Positions 1 through 8,772 of a stretch of 64,000 bases of DNA are shown in pieces. The notes below the pieces were generated by a model. The model saw only the letters and a program-made list of their open reading frames with translations. It was not told the origin of the DNA and ran no database searches. Both the position numbers and the translations under genes were made by a program. Numbering within the stretch: the stretch's first letter is position 1; each line of letters begins with the position of its first letter. The DNA comes from a virus, in the IMG/VR virus record IMGVR_UViG_3300026534_000102, positions 51,312 to 115,311 of that record. One strand, written 5' to 3'.

Positions 1-951
1 ACTGATCCTGTTGGCATTATTTATGCCCAAAATGGCATCAAACTTTTCATCTGAAACAGATATAATATAACTAATTCTACCATCAACCCTCTCACTCTTA
101 CGCAAGGAGGGTACAATTCCAAGGGACAGTAAAACATCCCGCACACACATAACTAGCTCTAGGGAAGCAGTTTCTGCTATACATTCGGGACTAATACGTT
201 TTTTACCGGTTTTTTTATTCTTGTACCCCTCTTTTCTTATATGACCATCACCATCCCAATATCCTCTTAACAAATCCTTGTTACAGGGGTTGAATTTAAT
301 AATGGGCGAAATAAACTTTTCGTGACTGCCACTACCGAAATTCTTCTTAAAGAACTTCGCCGCATTAGCATCATTAAACATCACCTCGTAACCATTACGA
401 TCGAGCATATCCCGTTCATAAATGTTGTCATCTTTGATAGAAAAAATATCTTTCATATAGTCTTTACATATCTTCCCTAAAGTATTTTTCTCGTTGATAC
501 GGAAGGAAAACGAAACATAACTGTAGTGTCTATGAATATAGCCCTCGGCTATATACAAACCTGATAGATACGATAATTTGGATAGCAAATCAGTTTGGAT
601 AGGATGTATTGCTGATTTATCATCCCTGTATTGTATAGGTTGTTGGGAATTAATAGTGGGCTTGGGAATATATAAATAATCACCTACATTAATGTCAACT
701 ACCGCTTTTCTAACTGGGACATTATTTTCACCTAATACATATAATTTATGTTCCCCAGTCAATTCTAATTTTTCTGGGCAAGAAAAACACTTAAGTGTGT
801 AAACATCCTCATGTTCTAAAAGGGGTCTAAACTCTACTTTATTAATCTGTTTTATCTGTAAATTTTTATTAACTACCGACATTCCACTACGTAAATCACA
901 TGCCCTTTTGAAACCTTCGGTAGTTTTTACTAATGATTCCAATGACATACA
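1..951 (-). mobile_element. Intein with LAGLIDADG homing endonuclease (C-terminal splicing block lies beyond the window)
   Basis: After ...FGMPW comes block A CMSLESLVKTTEG (Cys codon 951-949, residue 310), block B LELTGEHKLYV (TxxH), then INVGDYLYIP, and the LAGLIDADG helices YLSGLYIAEG (~570-541) and LLRGYWDGDG (~273-244). Confidence 0.9.
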
Positions 952-1878
952 CCACGGCATTCCAAAAACTGGAGTTAGGCTATAATTTACCAAATAAGAG
1001 TTGTCTTCCTTAGCATACTCTGTACTACCACCAAAACCAGTTACTATGATGGGATTACCACAAGCGCCGGCGGTAAAAGGGCTTAAACCAAAACCTTCAC
1101 CCCTATCAAAAGATATATAACAATCACCTCTTGCATGTAGTCCCAAAATTTCTTCATTTGATAGTAAATTTAAGATTAAATAGATCTTTGGATACCGCTC
1201 CATAGGAGTTACGGCTTTAAGTCTTTTAATTGTAGTTCTAATAGCATCTTTTTCTGGTTCACTGTAGTCACTTCTATAAGTTTTTAATACCAACGCAACA
1301 TTTTCGTTATTTTGAAATGCATGCCAATAAGCTTTTACCATAGAAAGCGGATGTTTGCGTTCGGTCCATTGGAGAATACTATAGAACATATAGGTATCTT
1401 TTTCTACTCCCCGCACATCATACTCTTTAATACCATTAAATTCTGACATATCTATTCCATGGGGGACTACTCCAATAGGAATTGTAACACCACTTTCTTC
1501 AAAAACTTCTTTATTCCAACTACATCCTACTAAAACTTTATCTACATTTTCATTAATATACCCAGGCCAGTCTGGATGTAATTTAGTAGTTTCCCAAATA
1601 GTATATCCTACATTAACTTTGTCCTTTTCTCTATATTTTTGCCAGAATTCAGGAGTCGTATGTATAAACACTACGTTATAATCAATCTTCTTATCAATTA
1701 AACTTTTTAAAATCTCGCCATTTTTACCTAAGCCAGGTCGAGCTGCCTCAAAAGATATCGGTGCTAAAGTAAGAGGAATCCCTTTGTTATAAAGTGCCAT
1801 TATGTTACCTCTACAAGCTTGAGCATACCCTGAATTATCAAAAATAGGACCAATATATTTTATACCAGTAATCTCCAT
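1..1878 (-). CDS. GT-B (GT4-like) glycosyltransferase containing an intein; 3'-truncated by the window edge
   Basis: Not in the ORF track; translated by hand. ATG at 1878 overlaps the upstream TAA (TAATG). Reads MEITGIKYIGPIFDNSGYAQACRG...HTTPEFW...GYTIWETTKLHPDW...VVPHGID...QWTERKHP...DRGEGFGLSPFTAGACGNPIIVTGFGG, i.e. GT4-type motifs. The frame continues into the intein and off position 1. Confidence 0.88.
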   Translation of the reverse strand, partial: MEITGIKYIGPIFDNSGYAQACRGNIMALYNKGIPLTLAPISFEAARPGLGKNGEILKSLIDKKIDYNVVFIHTTPEFWQKYREKDKVNVGYTIWETTKLHPDWPGYINENVDKVLVGCSWNKEVFEESGVTIPIGVVPHGIDMSEFNGIKEYDVRGVEKDTYMFYSILQWTERKHPLSMVKAYWHAFQNNENVALVLKTYRSDYSEPEKDAIRTTIKRLKAVTPMERYPKIYLILNLLSNEEILGLHARGDCYISFDRGEGFGLSPFTAGACGNPIIVTGFGGSTEYAKEDNSYLVNYSLTPVFGMPWCMSLESLVKTTEGFKRACDLRSGMSVVNKNLQIKQINKVEFRPLLEHEDVYTLKCFSCPEKLELTGEHKLYVLGENNVPVRKAVVDINVGDYLYIPKPTINSQQPIQYRDDKSAIHPIQTDLLSKLSYLSGLYIAEGYIHRHYSYVSFSFRINEKNTLGKICKDYMKDIFSIKDDNIYERDMLDRNGYEVMFNDANAAKFFKKNFGSGSHEKFISPIIKFNPCNKDLLRGYWDGDGHIRKEGYKNKKTGKKRISPECIAETASLELVMCVRDVLLSLGIVPSLRKSERVDGRISYIISVSDEKFDAILGINNANRIS

Positions 1879-2675
1879 TAATTATACTCCTCTTTCATAC
1901 ATCTTATCTTTGCCAAATCTTCTGCATATCCATAAATGTGTAAACCTTTACTTTCAACAATCATTTCCCCATCATCTACTCCTATTTCGCTGGCCATGAA
2001 AGATTTTAATTCTTGAATACCAGCAAGATTTGCGGGTAAACCTCCCCATAAATCCCAAGATCTAAAATAGACGAAAAAATGCAATTGATTATCTTGAACA
2101 CGTGTATCAATTCCTCTTAAACAAGGTGGGTCTTTCAATAAAATATCATCTGGCTTTGCAACCTGCAGCACCAATTGATTATTTCTATGCCCATGTTTTT
2201 TATATGTTTCTATAATATAATCTATTTGATTAACATACGGAGAAAAACCATCCCAATAAACGCCTCGATCATTATCTGTGTATAAAATATTATCTGCTTC
2301 AAGTTCTCTAAATTCCATTATATCTTTACTTAATGTAAAGTGGGTTAGTCTTTCCCCATAAGTATAAGATTCTCCCGGTTCTTTTCTATCTGTCATTATA
2401 TATTCTATATAAGATCTATCATACCCTTCGCCACCATAAATATAAGCCTCCTCTACAGGCGCCGGTATGTTAAGATGTGGTGGAATCTCTGGAATTAAAG
2501 GTTTAATCCATGGCTTAGTAATATGTCCCGTAAAATAATCAAACTCTAATCGTGTCTGTCCTTCATAAGAACCCCGATCTATGGTTTCTTTACGACCATT
2601 TTCTAATAGTTGATAAACAGCTTGAAACCATAGGTCAGGCAATGTTATCGCATCTACTCTTATAATTTTCAACAT
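1878..2675 (-). CDS. thyA: Thymidylate synthase-family protein (archaeal-type ThyA; dUMP methylase or hydroxymethylase)
   Basis: YTYGERL, catalytic DPPCL, FRSWDLWGGLPANL (Asn at the dUMP-specificity position), GLHIY. Confidence 0.85.
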   Translation of the reverse strand: MLKIIRVDAITLPDLWFQAVYQLLENGRKETIDRGSYEGQTRLEFDYFTGHITKPWIKPLIPEIPPHLNIPAPVEEAYIYGGEGYDRSYIEYIMTDRKEPGESYTYGERLTHFTLSKDIMEFRELEADNILYTDNDRGVYWDGFSPYVNQIDYIIETYKKHGHRNNQLVLQVAKPDDILLKDPPCLRGIDTRVQDNQLHFFVYFRSWDLWGGLPANLAGIQELKSFMASEIGVDDGEMIVESKGLHIYGYAEDLAKIRCMKEEYN

Positions 2676-2677
2676 AT

Positions 2678-3955
2678 CTAAAATTCCTCTGTTTCAATAG
2701 ACTTCTCTCCCTCAACAGGTGCTTTTTCCGATGCAGACGTGAGTTCATCATGTGCTTTATTAAAAACTTCTAACCATTTTGGAACAATGCTTTGTTGCCA
2801 ATCCATTTTTGTAAGAACCCATTCATATGCTTTTTCTGCCTTCTTCAAAGCACCATCATAATCACCGTACACCGTCAACATTTTAGCAACCATATCTTCC
2901 ACATCAACCAAGGGACGTATAACCTCATTATCATGAGGCAATACAGTGAATAAACTAGAATTAGAGCCGCTATTAACAAGGTATCCTCGCTCATCAATAA
3001 TATTTTCAGAAATAGCTGTATTATTGGGCATAATTACCGGAGTTTTAGTGGCCATGGCTTCAATCCAAGACAATCCCCAACCCTCCCCTAAACTAGTACT
3101 AATAACACAATCGCTAATATTATAGATCATATTAACAATTTGAATCGGGTAACCTTGATTGGGACCAAAATTCTCTGGAAAAATAACATCATCATTAATA
3201 TTAAAACCATAAGATTTACAGACTTCTGGCAAATGCCAGCCCTGATCTTGTCTAGCCATATGTAAGTACAACAATGATTCAGGTACATGTTTTCTAAACT
3301 CTGCAAAAGCTTGTATAGTTCTAGGTATATCTTTACGTTGCTGATTCCTATTAAGATTAGTAAAAATAAACCTATCACTATATTTACCAAAATATCTTTT
3401 TCTAAATTTTAATTTCTCATCATCATCCAAAGGGAAAAAATTAGTGGTATTAACTCCATGTGGGATAACAATAATATCCTTAGTCAAATCTGGACAAGCT
3501 TTTTCTGCTTCTCGTTTACCATATTCAGAATACGCTACAGTAAAATCGGCAGCACTTACATTTTTAATCCATTGCTCTTTAGGAGCACCATCAACTGGAA
3601 AATAACAAATACTTCTAAAAGGTTTAGAGTAGTTTGCTCTCAAATAGTCCATAAGCTCTGGAATAAAATCCATGATAAAAGAATCCTGCAGCAAGAATAA
3701 AATGTCAAAATCCATTCGAGGAATCATGTTGCAAATTTTTTTGCGGCCATACGGATCCCGCTCCGCATTAGTACCAGTTGGCCAAATTCTATAGGGAAAA
3801 TTATGTGGATCTCCCCAATAATTTATACCAAGAATATCAATATCAAACCTACCAGTTCTATATAGTCCTTCAAAAATGTTACGACTAACCGTTCCAAATC
3901 CTGTAGCACAGGTGGGTGAATCACAATATGCCAATACTTTAATCTTTTTGTCCAT
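2678..3955 (-). CDS. GT-B (GT4-like) glycosyltransferase
   Basis: DSPTCATGFGTVS N-terminus, IPHGVN, NRNQQRKDI, and GEGWGLSWIEAMATKTPVI (EX7E motif). Confidence 0.9.
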   Translation of the reverse strand: MDKKIKVLAYCDSPTCATGFGTVSRNIFEGLYRTGRFDIDILGINYWGDPHNFPYRIWPTGTNAERDPYGRKKICNMIPRMDFDILFLLQDSFIMDFIPELMDYLRANYSKPFRSICYFPVDGAPKEQWIKNVSAADFTVAYSEYGKREAEKACPDLTKDIIVIPHGVNTTNFFPLDDDEKLKFRKRYFGKYSDRFIFTNLNRNQQRKDIPRTIQAFAEFRKHVPESLLYLHMARQDQGWHLPEVCKSYGFNINDDVIFPENFGPNQGYPIQIVNMIYNISDCVISTSLGEGWGLSWIEAMATKTPVIMPNNTAISENIIDERGYLVNSGSNSSLFTVLPHDNEVIRPLVDVEDMVAKMLTVYGDYDGALKKAEKAYEWVLTKMDWQQSIVPKWLEVFNKAHDELTSASEKAPVEGEKSIETEEF

Positions 3956-3977
3956 TCTAATAAATTCTCCTATTCTT

Positions 3978-5135
3978 TTATAATTTTTTTACCGCCAAAA
4001 AAGGACTGGTATAATTAATATGCAAAGCTTCTTCCAATTTTTCCATTACAGCTGGATTAGCCTCCGCATATTTTTTTACTGCCTTATTATTTAATGTTGA
4101 CACTAAGGTAGCAAAAACCTCATGATCCGAAACACACTTTGCTACCTGCACCGGATCATAACTACTCCTGGAATTTTGTCGTATATACAATTGCTGTTCT
4201 TCATCCTTTATCACACTATCATGATCTCGAATACGTTCCTGCATAAGCATGGAGAGTTCCCGTTCCCTTCCCTTCAGTAGAGACATAACATTTCTTATAT
4301 TTTTCCACTCTTTAAACATCTCAGTACTGGACATATTAGAGGTTTGTAAAAATTTATAGTCTGATTTAGACAAAGTTTTCTTATATTCATCGCAAAATTC
4401 TTTATATTCACACCAAGGACAGAAAAAGTTTAGCGTAGGAGTAGCATCCTTATCTGAAAAATTCATCATTTCTTTATGAATAGTAGTCAGATAGGACGAA
4501 AACTCTAATCGCTCCTCGGGTGTTCTGTAAGTATAAACTGGATCAAATTTTAACATATCTAAACTTAAAATAATACGTTTATAACCGGGAAAAATCTTAG
4601 ATGAGACTAAGTCGTAGATAGAAAGCTGGATATCGTTTTTCAACTCATCTGCTGTGGGCACCATAGAAGAAGTCTTATAATCAGTTATAAGTAACGTATC
4701 TTCATTAATCTCACTAACCATATCCATTGCCCCAATTAAAGGCACTCCATCGTCCGTAGATACTTTATAAGTGTTTTTCCCCATCCCAAATTTTATTTCC
4801 AAACCGATAATTTTTTTGCCCAAAACAAAATTATTAAGGCGTGCCTCTACCAAGTCCTTGCCCTTAGTATGAATAGCGAAATCGCTTATACCCTCTCTTA
4901 CAGAGACCTCAGTATATTTTTGAATAATTTTCTTCTTATCAGCATCAGAAAATTTACCTTTTTTCATCCATATATTTCCTGCCAACTCTAAGGATTCATG
5001 ACACGCTATACCTAATTTAAAAGCTGGGTTCGAAATTTTTGGCAATTTATCCACATACATAAACTTGTATTTTTGCTTACAAGATAGAAAAGTTTTAATT
5101 CTAGATGCACTTAATTTAACTACTTTTTTTGACAT
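3978..5135 (-). CDS. PD-(D/E)XK exonuclease, Cas4/AddB/RecB-like, with probable Fe-S cluster
   Basis: LSASRIKTFLSC, GxxxH (GIACH), GAMD, ITDYKT, QLSIY, C-terminal CPWCEYKEFC. Confidence 0.85.
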   Translation of the reverse strand: MSKKVVKLSASRIKTFLSCKQKYKFMYVDKLPKISNPAFKLGIACHESLELAGNIWMKKGKFSDADKKKIIQKYTEVSVREGISDFAIHTKGKDLVEARLNNFVLGKKIIGLEIKFGMGKNTYKVSTDDGVPLIGAMDMVSEINEDTLLITDYKTSSMVPTADELKNDIQLSIYDLVSSKIFPGYKRIILSLDMLKFDPVYTYRTPEERLEFSSYLTTIHKEMMNFSDKDATPTLNFFCPWCEYKEFCDEYKKTLSKSDYKFLQTSNMSSTEMFKEWKNIRNVMSLLKGRERELSMLMQERIRDHDSVIKDEEQQLYIRQNSRSSYDPVQVAKCVSDHEVFATLVSTLNNKAVKKYAEANPAVMEKLEEALHINYTSPFLAVKKL

Positions 5136-5138
5136 AAC

Positions 5139-5552
5139 CTAATTTCCCTCCATAGAAGCTTTATCTATGCTTTTTAATTGATATTCTAAAAGTTGTTTCA
5201 GTATTCCAAAAAACACTGTTGCATCTAAAACCACAATGGGCTCATGATGATTTCTTTTACATACCAACAACCAATTTGTATTTTCTTTTTGATTTGCTTT
5301 TGCTTGTTTTATCCAAGCTGGAAGTGACCACGTTTCTTGGTTTTTACATTCTACAGAATAATTAAACTTTTCTTGAGCCTCGCCAATTAATCTTATATCA
5401 GTGCCACTTTGTCCCATTTCCCTAGAGGCAACAACACAATCTTTTCCCCAATCACAGCTTAATAACTTCGCAATTTGTTTAGCAGTCCAGTCTTGTAAGC
5501 GTCTTGCTTTAGCTTTTTTAGACGCCACACTTATAGTCTTCTTACTCATCAT
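5139..5552 (-). CDS. Putative Holliday junction resolvase (PD-(D/E)XK, Hjc-like)
   Basis: KKAKARRLQDW, GQSGTDI, SVECKNQE, WIKQA; replication context. Confidence 0.7.
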   Translation of the reverse strand: MMSKKTISVASKKAKARRLQDWTAKQIAKLLSCDWGKDCVVASREMGQSGTDIRLIGEAQEKFNYSVECKNQETWSLPAWIKQAKANQKENTNWLLVCKRNHHEPIVVLDATVFFGILKQLLEYQLKSIDKASMEGN

Positions 5553-5563
5553 TATTTTTTCTC

Positions 5564-6325
5564 CTAATACGGTAATGTTCTTAAAAAGTCTTTTTGCTTC
5601 TCAGACATTATATTAACATCCGGGAAAAGCATAAAAATTTTAATAATTAACGTTCCTTTCGGCCCGCCAAAAACACCTGTAGCACCCTCTTGTGCAAAAG
5701 TTATAACCTGCCCATCATGAATCCCAGCCGGTAGGGTGAACTCAAAATGCTTGTGGGCTTTAATTGTACCACCTCCACTACACTCTGAACAAGGTTTTAC
5801 CGTTATCACTCCATTACCTTTACACTCGGGGCAGGGACGTGCAGATGAAATATTAAACCCTGGCGCTCTTGATACATGCTGAATAATTCCCAAACCCTGA
5901 CAATTTGAACACGTTTTGGTTTCAGAAGCACCTAGCCCATCACATGTTGCACAAACATCAGTGTAATCAAAATCAATAGAATGCTGCTCACCAAATAAAA
6001 CTTTGTAGAAAGGCACTCTCACTATAAATCTAAGATCAGCTCCTGCTTTTGGTGCTCGCGGATTATGTCTACGTAAATTCGAGAAAGGAGAAGCGCCATC
6101 GAAAAAACTAAAGGGACTAGAAGAAAAAAGGTCATACTCTTTTCGCTTGTTCGCATCTGATAAAACCGAATAAGCTTCACTTATCTTTTTAAATTTTTCT
6201 TCAGCCTCAGAATTATTTGGATTACGGTCTGGGTGGTATTTCATAGATAACTTTCTGTACACCTTCTTTAAATCCGCTTGAGTAATATTTCTACTTACAC
6301 CTAAAACATCATAATAATTACTCAC
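5564..6325 (-). CDS. dnaJ: DnaJ co-chaperone (J domain, zinc-finger region, C-terminal domain)
   Basis: NYYDVLGV...KYHPDRN J domain and four CxxCxGxG repeats. Start is probably the GTG at 6325 behind GGAGG (ORF track starts at 6352). Confidence 0.92.
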   Translation of the reverse strand: MSNYYDVLGVSRNITQADLKKVYRKLSMKYHPDRNPNNSEAEEKFKKISEAYSVLSDANKRKEYDLFSSSPFSFFDGASPFSNLRRHNPRAPKAGADLRFIVRVPFYKVLFGEQHSIDFDYTDVCATCDGLGASETKTCSNCQGLGIIQHVSRAPGFNISSARPCPECKGNGVITVKPCSECSGGGTIKAHKHFEFTLPAGIHDGQVITFAQEGATGVFGGPKGTLIIKIFMLFPDVNIMSEKQKDFLRTLPY

Positions 6326-6650
6326 TTTTATAAACCTCCCAACTAAACCCACACTTCATACATTTAAAACTATTTTCTTTTACTTCAAATGCATATTGAT
6401 TACATCGCAAACACTTATGTAAATAATCCGACATACATTCCGATGTAGCAGAAGTAACCTCGACTATATCTATGTCATCATGATACAAAAGAAACGTATC
6501 TAGCTCTTCCATATCTTGAAACTCTACAAGTTGATATACAGAGTCATCTAAAGAAGTCATAAAACCACAAATTTTACATTCTAAATACAACTCATCTTCA
6601 TCCTTATCAATATGTTCGGTAAGAACTCTTCCACAATCTGGGCATATCAT
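6318..6650 (-). CDS. Double zinc-ribbon protein
   Basis: CPDC...CKIC and CLRC...CMKC pairs joined by an acidic linker. Confidence 0.7.
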   Translation of the reverse strand: MICPDCGRVLTEHIDKDEDELYLECKICGFMTSLDDSVYQLVEFQDMEELDTFLLYHDDIDIVEVTSATSECMSDYLHKCLRCNQYAFEVKENSFKCMKCGFSWEVYKSE

Positions 6651-7390
6651 ATAACAATCTCCTTATGTTTAATAGCTTCATATATAACCAAATCAATTAT
6701 ATAGGAATCTTCAAAAATTGAATCGCCAAACTCCAATGACATTTCCAACATAAATTTACTTAAATTAGTTTTATCCGGGTTAGTAAAAGTAATGTAAAAA
6801 TTAACATCTGCCACTATTAATTTAGCTAAGTTGTTTTTCAATAGATTCCAATTTAATCTTCTTTGCGTATTCTTATAAAAATCTTCTGATGTAACTCCTT
6901 TTATATTTACTGCTAATAATACATTATCCCTTCTTAATCTTAATAACCAATTAATATCATACTCTTTTTCTATTAACATTAAATCACTATGAAAAATTGT
7001 ATTTGTTGGCAACCTGTCCACAATGTCAGACCAATGCTCCAAATAAAGAGCAGGGGCGCCGCCCATCAGATGAAAGACATTAGTTCCAGAAGCCTCAAAA
7101 GCTTTTATAAGACTTTCTGTTGAATGGTGTTTTACTTTTCCAAATACTCCCGAATGTGTAACATAACAATAATGGCAATCAAGTGGACATCCATATAACT
7201 GCACCACAAATTGCTTACTTAATTCAGACTCATCTAAATTAGGAAGTAAATTTCTTTTTTTACAGATTTTAGGAAACATATCATAACCACCGCCACCACG
7301 GTATGTCTCACATAACCTAAAATCTCCAAATAAATCCTCTTGTCTAACATCTAATAACTGTCTTCCTTGTATCGGAACTACTTTCCACAT
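6647..7390 (-). CDS. Radical SAM protein
   Basis: GCPLDCHYC (CxxxCxxC) and LMGGAP (GGEP-like). Confidence 0.85.
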   Translation of the reverse strand: MWKVVPIQGRQLLDVRQEDLFGDFRLCETYRGGGGYDMFPKICKKRNLLPNLDESELSKQFVVQLYGCPLDCHYCYVTHSGVFGKVKHHSTESLIKAFEASGTNVFHLMGGAPALYLEHWSDIVDRLPTNTIFHSDLMLIEKEYDINWLLRLRRDNVLLAVNIKGVTSEDFYKNTQRRLNWNLLKNNLAKLIVADVNFYITFTNPDKTNLSKFMLEMSLEFGDSIFEDSYIIDLVIYEAIKHKEIVI

Positions 7391-7394
7391 AAAA

Positions 7395-7721
7395 TCACTC
7401 CTCTAGCACGATGAAGTTATCAACAACCACTTCAGTCCAATACTTCTTTTCATAGCCCCCACAATATCTGCATTTACCTGAATAAAAACGCTCTTCAATA
7501 TGTCCCTCAATTTGAACAAAAGTCCCATTTTCAAGTGGCTCCAAAGCATCAGCGCAAGAAAAAGATGAAATTTTAATATACTGAGCACCTTTTGCAGGAG
7601 CAGGTGCTGGTATAGCTAGTAAAGCGTTGAAAACCAATGAATTGTATTGGCCTACGCGCCTAACTTTAGCTTTCGTTATCTTACCCCTCAACCTTACATA
7701 ATTTAATCCTGTTAACTCCAT
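7395..7721 (-). CDS. ssb: Single-stranded DNA-binding protein (OB fold)
   Basis: LNYVRLRGKI...GTFVQIEGHIEER...KYWTEVVVDNF matches the SSB pattern; CRYC insert; adjacent to primase. Confidence 0.75.
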   Translation of the reverse strand: MELTGLNYVRLRGKITKAKVRRVGQYNSLVFNALLAIPAPAPAKGAQYIKISSFSCADALEPLENGTFVQIEGHIEERFYSGKCRYCGGYEKKYWTEVVVDNFIVLEE

Positions 7722-7728
7722 TTCACAC

Positions 7729-8772
7729 CTATATATTCTTCAAAATTTTAAGTAGTTCATTCTCTTTTAAATCAGCTGGGTCTGTCCCCTCAGGCCCATA
7801 CATGATTAAAGGAGTAATTTTAATTTTTTTACCCATCTCCACAAAAGCTTTGTTGGCACCAACAATACCTGGAACATCATTATCAAACAAAATCGCTATT
7901 CCCTTGTTAGCATATTTATAAATTAAACTTTGTTGACCCGGAGTAATTACAGAACCCATTACTGCGACCACGTTATACATCCCTATTTCATATAACTTCC
8001 AAACACTTTTAAATCCTTCAACTACAATCAGCTTCTGAGTAGTTAAAAAATCTTTGGCGTTGTTTAAGTTGTACAAAACCCGATCTTTAAGTAAACCTGG
8101 AGTAATGATATATTTTTCTGAATCATCGATGTCCTTTATTCTACGAACATCACGTAAACTATACGCTAATAATGTGCCATCCACATCTCTTATAGGAATA
8201 ATATCTCTAATATTCCCTTCTCCATCAACATAGCCGCCGCCTATTTCAAAATGGTCTAAGGTTTTTGGACTAAAACCATCCTTTAAAAACCCATTAGATC
8301 TAAAGCTTAAATGTGCATGTAAATGTTCTTCTGATACATATGAGGGTTTATGATGCGTAGTACAATGCTCTCTTATAAAAGCTTTTTTCTCTTGTTCTAT
8401 CTTCAATTTATTAAATACATCATCATTCAAGTCAACCGAACCTACTAACGTTTTTAAATAATTTACGGCGCCAAAAAAATCTAAATCTTTACTAACTCTT
8501 ATTAAAGAAATTATATCTCTACCTAATATATCATGGCATTTATGAGTAAAACAAACCCAGGTGCGGCTTTCTCTGTTGAACCTAAAAGCAGAAGAATTAT
8601 CCCCACCATGTATATGACAAGATGCCCTAAACTCTTTTGCTGTCTCCCGAACGATAGTAAAACCTAAAGACTCTAAAAGAACTCTACAATCAACAGAATT
8701 CTTCAAGACCATCAATTCTTTCTTAAACGCTTCCCAATCTTCAAAAGTATTATTCTTAGATAAGTTCTTCAT
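7729..8772 (-). CDS. dnaG: DnaG-type DNA primase
   Basis: CHC2 zinc finger (CHIH...CFTHKC), IIPIRD, Toprim VVEG...FDND...DPAD. Likely start is ATG 8772 (ORF track 8811). Confidence 0.88.
   Translation of the reverse strand: MKNLSKNNTFEDWEAFKKELMVLKNSVDCRVLLESLGFTIVRETAKEFRASCHIHGGDNSSAFRFNRESRTWVCFTHKCHDILGRDIISLIRVSKDLDFFGAVNYLKTLVGSVDLNDDVFNKLKIEQEKKAFIREHCTTHHKPSYVSEEHLHAHLSFRSNGFLKDGFSPKTLDHFEIGGGYVDGEGNIRDIIPIRDVDGTLLAYSLRDVRRIKDIDDSEKYIITPGLLKDRVLYNLNNAKDFLTTQKLIVVEGFKSVWKLYEIGMYNVVAVMGSVITPGQQSLIYKYANKGIAILFDNDVPGIVGANKAFVEMGKKIKITPLIMYGPEGTDPADLKENELLKILKNI

Noticed and set aside
1878-2675. T4-like dCMP hydroxymethylase (glucosyl-hmC system)
   Set aside because: The specificity residue is Asn, not Asp, and the motifs follow archaeal-type ThyA.
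3978-5135. Cas4-like gene as evidence of a CRISPR system
   Set aside because: No repeat-spacer array or other cas genes seen; stand-alone Cas4-like nucleases are common in phage replication modules.
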